A model generated the notes under the pieces. That model did no database searches and was not told the origin of the DNA. It saw nothing but the letters and a program-made list of their open reading frames with translations. A stretch of DNA of 32,000 nucleotides, taken from Candidatus Saccharimonadota bacterium (GTDB lineage Bacteria; Patescibacteriota; Saccharimonadia; Saccharimonadales; UBA4665). Every line of letters begins with the position of its first letter. Position 1 is the stretch's first letter. The position numbers and the translations under genes are program-made. Location of the stretch: the NCBI GenBank assembly GCA_002952755.1, contig CP025011.1:1110001-1142000 (forward strand). Reading direction: 5' to 3'. Shown here piece after piece: positions 25,786-32,000 of the stretch.

Positions 25786-27108
25786 ATGAACCCACTGTTC
25801 CCAGACGAACCAGAAAGCGACCAACAAAACCAAAGCTATCTGCTCGCGCGCGGTCAGAATCGGAACATTAAACCGCCAGAGCACCCAGGAGAGGATGCCA
25901 ACCCGGCCGTTGAATTAATTCGACGCAAAATCGAAGCACTCTATGCCGCCGAACCAAACGCACGCTCTGAGCTCAAGGAAGTCGAGACCGTCCCGTCCCG
26001 CTCCAAGCACCAGGAGTTTATGCACCGGCTAAGTACCTCGGGTAAATCACTGGCCGAAATTCAAACCGCCTGGCACAACTACTACATCAGTCTAGATGAT
26101 GACCAAAAGCGCTTGGTATGGCAGGAGTTCTACGCTGCCAACCAAGCCCACCCTTCAGCCTTTACGATAGCGACGCAGCCCCCACAACCAGCCCATCCCC
26201 ACCATCGGGCTCAGACCCTGCCGCCTGCTACAACCCCAGCGCCCCGGACACTACCCGCGCCTTCGTCGCCAATCGTCACTAGTATCCATGAGTCAGACCT
26301 GCCCCGACCGAGCGATCGCCGCTCGGTCGCTACGATCAAACGACAGGTACTTAGCAAAGTACGCGAACGCAACCGGGTACAAATAAAGGCCAAGCAGCAT
26401 CTGCAATCGTTAGTCTTTGGCCTAGGCATGGGTGCGCTAGTGCTGCTCGTTTTTCTCTTTGGATTCTTCAATGAAGTAGTGATCGCGCCCTTCATTCAAC
26501 CAAACAATCACGCCAGCGCCACACCTATTATCTTAAGTCAAGACGGTATAGCACCTACTGCAACGCCTGAAGTGATTATCCCCAAAACCAATGTCGAGCT
26601 CCCGGTCATTTATGGTACCTCGGTGAACGAGAACGACGTCGAAAATTCGTTGGAAGACGGAGTAGTACACTACGCCAGCACATCAGTACCCGGCCAACAG
26701 GGCAATGCCGCTTTCTTTGGTCACTCAAGCAACAATATCTTTAATCCTGGTAAGTATAAGTTTGCCTTTGTGCTGCTGCATGAGTTAGTGCCAGGCGACA
26801 TTTTTTATCTTACATATAATAACCACGTATACACCTATAAAGTCTTCCGCAAGGAGATTGTCCAGCCAACCGACACCTGGGTACTCAACCCTATTGATGG
26901 CAAGGCCGCAACCGCTACCCTTATTACCTGCGACCCACCGGGAACGAGCTTGCATCGCCTCGTTGTCTGGGGCGAACAGATCAGCCCAGACATCAACGGC
27001 AACAGCGGCGCACCAGTCGCAAACACCTCGGCGTCACATTCAACCGACCAGTTAGCCAGCAACGGCCCGACACTCTGGACCAGATTCTGGCGGTGGGTAA
27101 CGCCTTAG
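25786..27108 (+). CDS. Sortase-domain protein with a ~200-aa Pro/basic-rich N-terminal extension and one TM helix
   Basis: Sortase motifs FFGHSS (His), TLITCDP (TLxTC Cys) and a downstream Arg (HRLVV). TM segment LVFGLGMGALVLLVFLFGFF. Confidence 0.85.
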   Translation: MNPLFPDEPESDQQNQSYLLARGQNRNIKPPEHPGEDANPAVELIRRKIEALYAAEPNARSELKEVETVPSRSKHQEFMHRLSTSGKSLAEIQTAWHNYYISLDDDQKRLVWQEFYAANQAHPSAFTIATQPPQPAHPHHRAQTLPPATTPAPRTLPAPSSPIVTSIHESDLPRPSDRRSVATIKRQVLSKVRERNRVQIKAKQHLQSLVFGLGMGALVLLVFLFGFFNEVVIAPFIQPNNHASATPIILSQDGIAPTATPEVIIPKTNVELPVIYGTSVNENDVENSLEDGVVHYASTSVPGQQGNAAFFGHSSNNIFNPGKYKFAFVLLHELVPGDIFYLTYNNHVYTYKVFRKEIVQPTDTWVLNPIDGKAATATLITCDPPGTSLHRLVVWGEQISPDINGNSGAPVANTSASHSTDQLASNGPTLWTRFWRWVTP

Positions 27109-27117
27109 TCAGACACA

Positions 27118-27228
27118 CCAATACCGCCTCCGCCTCTGTTTTAGTAGAGTCAAGCGTAGTGCAGCCAGACCAGCGTAAGCTGGCCTGCGGGAAACGCTCT
27201 ACTAAAACAGAGGCGGAGGCGGTATTGG
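27118..27228 (+). repeat. Hairpin element copy 5 (core forward, 28-bp perfect arms)
   Basis: Arms ccaataccgcctccgcctctgttttagtagag / ctctactaaaacagaggcggaggcggtattgg. The core lies at 27146-27200. The copy starts 9 nt after the sortase stop and ends 2 nt before the PEGA gene stop. Confidence 0.9.
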
Positions 27229-27230
27229 AA

Positions 27231-28694
27231 TTATTTTACCTGGAGAGACGTTACGGAAAGATTGTTCTGGCTAGTGAGATTGTAATAAGTATGATAATTC
27301 GGGGTAAAGAAGGGTAGAAACGACGGATTGGCGGAGCTTAGCGTCTGCATATTTGCACCGTCAAAATCGAACACAACCAGATGTCCGCCAGAGACGTAGG
27401 TAAGGTGATATCCATCCATCCATGAAGCTGCAACTTGCGGGGCATCGAGTGGTAGTTTAGCCTGATAGGCATAGCCCTTATCCGTTTCGGCGTCATATAC
27501 CGCAAAATGGTCACTACTCTCAGCGATAGCAAAACGAGCATTGGGTGAAAAACCAACGTAAGTTGGGTTGGCAACCTTGAGAATCTGCACAGGGACGAGT
27601 ACTGATTTAGCGTCATCCTTTAACTGCGCGAGCGGGTCCTGATAGACATACATCTTATCTTCGTTAGCAGCTCCGGCTACTACATATGGCGTGCCCTTAT
27701 AGCGCTCAAGCGCGAGCAGGTACGTTGTTCCGGCAGGCACTTCGCGTAGTGTGTACGCCGTATCCGTATTCTGGCGCATCCTAAGGAGTACCTTGCCAGT
27801 TGGGGCACGGTCCGTTGTGGCGTACAGCATTGTGTCGCCATCACTATCAAAGGCTAACACTTGATCGAGATAGGCCTGAGGAGTGGGTTTCTTGAGCGTT
27901 GCGGTAAACAGTTCGCCACTATGTTGGTCATAGGCAAAATACTGATCATAGTTATGGCCACGAAGCTGCATTTTGGTAGGAGTGAACCCAAGCAGCACCG
28001 ACAAATTCTGCGATGATTCCGGTGCTTGGCGGTCGAACAAGACATACTCACTGCCGCTGTCGGCACCTTTTTGATAACTCCGCTTTAGCAGCACGTGCCG
28101 GTTATCGCCTGCCCACTCGACTGGCTGCCAACTTGTCGTGGTACTACCTGCCGTCAGGACATCAGCGGGGATTGTTAGTGCCTTGGGTTCAGGTTTGCTG
28201 GCGTTCAGATCATACAGATCGATGTCGTCGGAATTAGAGACGCCAACGAGCAGCCAACGACGATCAGAGCTCTGGGTCGCCAGCGAAGGAACTGCTACAT
28301 ACTGCTTAGTAGAGGTAGTCACCAGTTTTGTTGGGAAAAGAAAGGGATAGTCAAAACGCTCAACATACCCACCTTCGACCGTTATAGCCCGTTTCCAGTT
28401 ACGATAGCCGCTGTGTTCGATTTCAACCGTGTACTGTCCGGCAGGAATAGTCACACGGTCATTGGTTTTGTTTTTATACCGCTGTCCGTTTAAAAAGATG
28501 CCAGCGCCAGATGGCTGCGATGATAAGAAGACTAGTCCATTCTGAAAGACTTGGCCCTTTTTGTTAATGCCATACCCATACGCCTGATACAGTAAAACGG
28601 TGGTTGCAAGTACCACAGCAAGGCCAATAAGCGCGTAGCCAATGGCTAAGCGTATAGCGTGCTTTTTTTGTTTTTGGGGATCAAAAAAATCCAT
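27231..28694 (-). CDS. PEGA-domain membrane-anchored protein with a large beta-rich extracellular region
   Basis: N-terminal TM helix. PEGA-like segment SSQPSGAGIFLNGQ...IPAGQYTVEIEHSGYRNWKRAITV. Confidence 0.8.
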   Translation of the reverse strand: MDFFDPQKQKKHAIRLAIGYALIGLAVVLATTVLLYQAYGYGINKKGQVFQNGLVFLSSQPSGAGIFLNGQRYKNKTNDRVTIPAGQYTVEIEHSGYRNWKRAITVEGGYVERFDYPFLFPTKLVTTSTKQYVAVPSLATQSSDRRWLLVGVSNSDDIDLYDLNASKPEPKALTIPADVLTAGSTTTSWQPVEWAGDNRHVLLKRSYQKGADSGSEYVLFDRQAPESSQNLSVLLGFTPTKMQLRGHNYDQYFAYDQHSGELFTATLKKPTPQAYLDQVLAFDSDGDTMLYATTDRAPTGKVLLRMRQNTDTAYTLREVPAGTTYLLALERYKGTPYVVAGAANEDKMYVYQDPLAQLKDDAKSVLVPVQILKVANPTYVGFSPNARFAIAESSDHFAVYDAETDKGYAYQAKLPLDAPQVAASWMDGYHLTYVSGGHLVVFDFDGANMQTLSSANPSFLPFFTPNYHTYYNLTSQNNLSVTSLQVK

Positions 28695-28905
28695 AACGAA
28701 TCATTCTATTATATGCCACGATGCCCCTCTTTAGGCAAGAGGTTTCGCAAGCGATCTATACCGTTCATGGGGTGGATCATTCTGCGCAGGCTAGATAAAA
28801 CTTTCATGAGACCATTACCCCTTCGGACACTTGCGCTTCACAGCATGAGCAATGTACGATATAAACAACTTACGCTTTAAGCGCTTGTAGAGGGTAATAA
28901 AAACG

Positions 28906-30066
28906 GTGAGCGAGAATACGATAGAACTAAACGGGAAGCGCTACGATGCGGTCACGGGTGCCTATTTGGGTAAAAGCAGCGCCGAAGTAGTACTGCCAGC
29001 GCTAGGCCTCTCCAAAAAAAGGAGCCAGACTATCGATGGCTTTATCCGCCCAGCACACCGTGACGTGCATCCCACAACCATAGCGAAACCCACACACAAA
29101 ACCGCTACAACGCATGCCCAGGATCACCCCAAGGCAAAACCTCGCAGCGTTTCTGGTATAGTTCGTGCCCCAGGGGCCACACATCGCAAGGCACACCAAC
29201 CAGAACATGCCACAACATTGATGCGCACTACGGTACACAAGCCAAAGGCGACACCCAAGCCCGCTATCAAAGCACAAAAACCGGCCGAAGTAAAAATAGC
29301 CGCCCGGCCAACTGCTGTGCTGGCACACAAGCAATCGGTCTCTAAGGTGGATCCGTCTCGTTTAGAGCGCTCGCAGCATGTGGCCAGGCACCAAGCAGTA
29401 CGGCGTTTTTATGCAACACAGCCCGCGGCTCTAGGCGTAGGCAACAGCACAAAAACGCAGCATATTCCCTTACCAATTATTCCGGTGAAAAATGCGCCGC
29501 CGCACCATGCCAGCACATCGCATCGCGAGATCCACCCCAAGCCCGCCGATATATTCGAATCAGCTATTACGCACGCCACCAGTCACAAACAGCCTAAGCA
29601 GCGTTATCGCAAACATCATAGCCGCCTCGTGAACACCATGGCTGCAGTGTCTGCTTTTGTGATACTTGGCGGTTTTATTACTTACCTCAATATGCCCAAT
29701 ATTGAACTGCATATTGCCTCAGCCCAAGCCGGCTTTCATGCCTCACTTCCGGGCTTCAGGCCCACAGGCTACGCTAGGAGCGGCCATATCGTGCATGCTG
29801 GTGGCACAATTAGCATGCGCTTTACCTCTGGAGACAGCAATTACACGATCACTCAGCAGGCTTCTGATTGGAACAGCCAGGCACTGCTCGACAATACGCT
29901 CGCTTTGAGCGGCGCCCACCAAACAGTCCAAAAAAACGGTGAAACAATCTACATCTACAATAAGGGCGCCAGCGCTGCATGGGTAAATAACGGCATACGC
30001 TATGACATGAGCGGCAACGCCAGCCTCAGCAGCAGCGACATCACGTCCATCGCCACCAGCTTATAG
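28906..30066 (+). CDS. Hypothetical single-pass membrane protein (long basic N-terminal region, TM, C-terminal extracellular domain possibly DUF4367-like)
   Basis: GTG start. TM segment AAVSAFVILGGFITYL. The N-terminal half is Lys/His/Pro-rich. The C-terminal domain assignment is tentative. Confidence 0.65.
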   Translation: MSENTIELNGKRYDAVTGAYLGKSSAEVVLPALGLSKKRSQTIDGFIRPAHRDVHPTTIAKPTHKTATTHAQDHPKAKPRSVSGIVRAPGATHRKAHQPEHATTLMRTTVHKPKATPKPAIKAQKPAEVKIAARPTAVLAHKQSVSKVDPSRLERSQHVARHQAVRRFYATQPAALGVGNSTKTQHIPLPIIPVKNAPPHHASTSHREIHPKPADIFESAITHATSHKQPKQRYRKHHSRLVNTMAAVSAFVILGGFITYLNMPNIELHIASAQAGFHASLPGFRPTGYARSGHIVHAGGTISMRFTSGDSNYTITQQASDWNSQALLDNTLALSGAHQTVQKNGETIYIYNKGASAAWVNNGIRYDMSGNASLSSSDITSIATSL

Positions 30067-30120
30067 CGAGTAACCTCTAGCGATCGTGTCACCTCAGTTC
30101 CCCTAGAGGGCATTTTCGGC

Positions 30121-30126
30121 TATAAT
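30121..30126 (+). promoter_or_regulatory. TATAAT -10 hexamer 7 nt upstream of the gltX ATG (implies a leaderless or near-leaderless mRNA)
   Basis: An exact TATAAT followed by caccctc and then ATG at 30134. There is no SD in between. Confidence 0.4.
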
Positions 30127-30133
30127 CACCCTC

Positions 30134-31561
30134 ATGAAACCAGCCCGCACCCGATTTGCTCCCAGCCCTACTGGCTACCTCCACGTTGGCGGTGTCCGAA
30201 CGGCTTTATTTGCCTGGCTTTTAGCAAAACAAAGCAAAGGGCAGTTTATCTTACGGCTGGAGGATACTGATAAAGCACGCGAAGTGCAAGGTTCCGAGCG
30301 GCACATTATAGATAGCCTGCATTGGCTCGGCTTGCAGTGGGACGAAGGGGTGGATATTGGTGGTCCCTATGCGCCCTACAAACAAAGTGAACGCTTATCA
30401 ATATACAAGGAGTGGGGTGAAAAATTAGTGGCCAAAGGAAGGGCATATGCCGACCCCTACACTCAAGCAGAAGTCGAAACCTTTAGGCAACAGGCTAAAG
30501 ATAGCAAACAACCGTTCTTGTTCCGCAACCACCGTCCAGAAAACCCACCAATATGGGACGGCACCCAGCCTTTACGCTTCAAGTCCGACCCAAAAGCCTA
30601 TACCTGGCATGACGCCGTCATGGGAGAATTATCTGCAGGAGAAGAGGCGATCGACGATTTTATCCTCATAAAATCAGATGGTTACCCCACTTATAACTTT
30701 TGCCACATTATTGATGATCTACTCATGAACTGCACCCATGTCATTCGTTCGCAGGAGTTCGTATCGAGTATACCGCGTTTTCTTAATCTCTACGAAGCAC
30801 TTGAAATAGAGCGACCCATATTAGCCACTCTGCCTGTAGTACTGGGGCCCGACGGCAAGAAAAAATTATCCAAACGCGACGGAGCTAAAGATATCTTGGA
30901 CTACGCACGTGAAGGCTATCTGCCAGAAGCGATGATGAATTTTATGGCCACTTTGGGCTGGAATGATGGAACTGAGCAAGAAATCTTTAGCGCCCAAGAG
31001 CTGATTGATACATTCCAGCTTGATCGCGTACAGCGGGGCGGTGCTAAGTTTGACGAGCAGCGCCTACTATGGATGAATGGCATGCATATGAGGGCCTTAT
31101 CGATCGATGATGTGGCCACTCGCGCCCAGACCTTTTGGCCACCAGAAGCCGCCAGTTACACCGACGACTACAAAAAACGTATCCTCAGGCTCGTTCAGGA
31201 GCGGCTAAAGTATTTTGCCGAACTACCTGCGCTCACCAGCTTCTTCTTCCAGGATTTACCAATTAATCCGAGTTTATGGACCGAGAACAAACAACTTAAA
31301 AAACTGAACGCCGGTGAATTAAAAAACCTACTTAATCTAGCCCGTAACACGCTTGCCGAATGCGACTTTTCGGTTACTTGTCTCACTAACCACTTGAACG
31401 ATTTATTGGAAAAAACACAGCAAAAGCCAGCGGTTTTGTTCAGCCTCGTCCGTATTGCCACCACCCAGGCGCCAGCTAGCCCAGCGCTAGCGGAAACGCT
31501 TGCCGTTCTTGGCAGAGAAGTTGTCCTGCGTCGTATCGACGCCATGCTACCTACATTGTAG
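30134..31561 (+). CDS. gltX: Glutamyl-tRNA synthetase
   Basis: RFAPSPTGYLHVGGVRTALF (HIGH-type) and KLSKRD (KMSKS-type). The length is typical of bacterial GluRS. Confidence 0.92.
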   Translation: MKPARTRFAPSPTGYLHVGGVRTALFAWLLAKQSKGQFILRLEDTDKAREVQGSERHIIDSLHWLGLQWDEGVDIGGPYAPYKQSERLSIYKEWGEKLVAKGRAYADPYTQAEVETFRQQAKDSKQPFLFRNHRPENPPIWDGTQPLRFKSDPKAYTWHDAVMGELSAGEEAIDDFILIKSDGYPTYNFCHIIDDLLMNCTHVIRSQEFVSSIPRFLNLYEALEIERPILATLPVVLGPDGKKKLSKRDGAKDILDYAREGYLPEAMMNFMATLGWNDGTEQEIFSAQELIDTFQLDRVQRGGAKFDEQRLLWMNGMHMRALSIDDVATRAQTFWPPEAASYTDDYKKRILRLVQERLKYFAELPALTSFFFQDLPINPSLWTENKQLKKLNAGELKNLLNLARNTLAECDFSVTCLTNHLNDLLEKTQQKPAVLFSLVRIATTQAPASPALAETLAVLGREVVLRRIDAMLPTL

Positions 31562-31621
31562 CCAATTGCCTCCTATCTTTCGCCATTGCCGTCATGCTGG
31601 CCCTGCATCCAGAGCTAGTTC

Positions 31622-31730
31622 TATCCTGATGGCAACCCCTCTTCAAGTAGAGCGTTTCGCGCAGGCCAGCTTACGCTGGTCTGGCTGCACTACGCTTGAC
31701 TCTACTTGAAGAGGGGTTGCCATCAGGATA
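31622..31730 (-). repeat. Hairpin element copy 6 (core reverse, 27-bp perfect arms)
   Basis: Arms tatcctgatggcaacccctcttcaagtagag / ctctacttgaagaggggttgccatcaggata. The core lies at 31649-31703 and, reverse-complemented, differs from the copy 5 core at 1 position. Confidence 0.9.
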
Positions 31731-31769
31731 TCAGTGTGTCTGAAAGCATAAGCTGATACAATAAGGCTC

Positions 31770-32000
31770 ATGATTGATGGCTTTCGTAAACGCCAGCCCG
31801 GTAAGTTCGTGCATCCTGCCGCACACCACGTTGCGTCGCATGCAGTTGTAAGTGACCATTCCAAAGCTGCCATACAATCACCCCAGACCGTCAGCCATAA
31901 CGACCAAGCTGCAGAGTCGGCAAGCGTCACTCCCAAGCCAAAAAAACGTTCTTTTAAAGAATGGCTGCGAGCGCGCACCAAAAAACAATGGATTATCTTT
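31770..32000 (+). CDS. 5' end of a CDS running off the window (hypothetical; basic N-terminus)
   Basis: ATG at 31770 and open to the window end (MIDGFRKRQPGKFVHPAAHH...KKRSFKEWLRARTKKQWIIF). TACAAT at 31757-31762 lies 7 nt upstream of the ATG. Preferred over the minus-strand ORF 31643..31981, which runs into the repeat. Confidence 0.5.
   Translation, partial: MIDGFRKRQPGKFVHPAAHHVASHAVVSDHSKAAIQSPQTVSHNDQAAESASVTPKPKKRSFKEWLRARTKKQWIIF

Noticed and set aside
27140-27205. The conserved core as a small peptide-coding sequence (VESSVVQPDQRKLAC... appears in several track ORFs)
   Set aside because: The reading frame is not preserved. Copy 3 has an in-frame stop, copy 2 has a 1-nt indel, and the substitutions follow base-pairing rather than codon logic.
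31643-31981. 112-aa minus-strand ORF, plus ORFs 27093..27317 and 31500..31709
   Set aside because: They run through hairpin elements, and part of their sequence is simply the repeat core. The plus-strand ORF from 31770 has a better start context.

Overview
The window is gene-dense bacterial chromosome: about 34 protein-coding genes on both strands and 2 tRNAs. I found no rRNA, CRISPR array, transposase, integrase, reverse transcriptase or obvious prophage genes. Housekeeping genes are recognisable from motifs: pyrH, exonuclease III, MazG-like and NUDIX hydrolases, gltX, a MacB-type ABC pair and an NRAMP transporter. Many cell-envelope genes are also present: a surface-fibre operon at the left edge, a type IV pilin-like gene, a GT2/GT-C/flippase-like trio, a CvpA-serine protease fusion, a sortase and a PEGA protein. 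This mix loosely suggests a monoderm, reduced-genome lineage such as CPR/Saccharibacteria, but that is a low-confidence inference. The main unexplained signal is six dispersed copies of a 101-111 bp hairpin element, all essentially intergenic (one overlaps a gene's last 6 nt). Each copy has a conserved asymmetric core of about 55 nt (AGAGTCARGCGTAGTGCARCCAGACC..GGYCTGCG...AACGCTCT). Each core is embedded between 23-28 bp arms that differ between copies but are perfectly complementary within a copy. The apical stem of the core shows compensatory double substitutions. The elements lack U-tracts, occur in both orientations, and sit at gene 3' ends, in one divergent start region, and on both sides of one gene. 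No mobilisation enzyme is encoded in the window. I cannot tell from the sequence alone whether this family is already catalogued. Several ORF-track starts were revised, and three CDSs missing from the track were added (one small, two edge-truncated).
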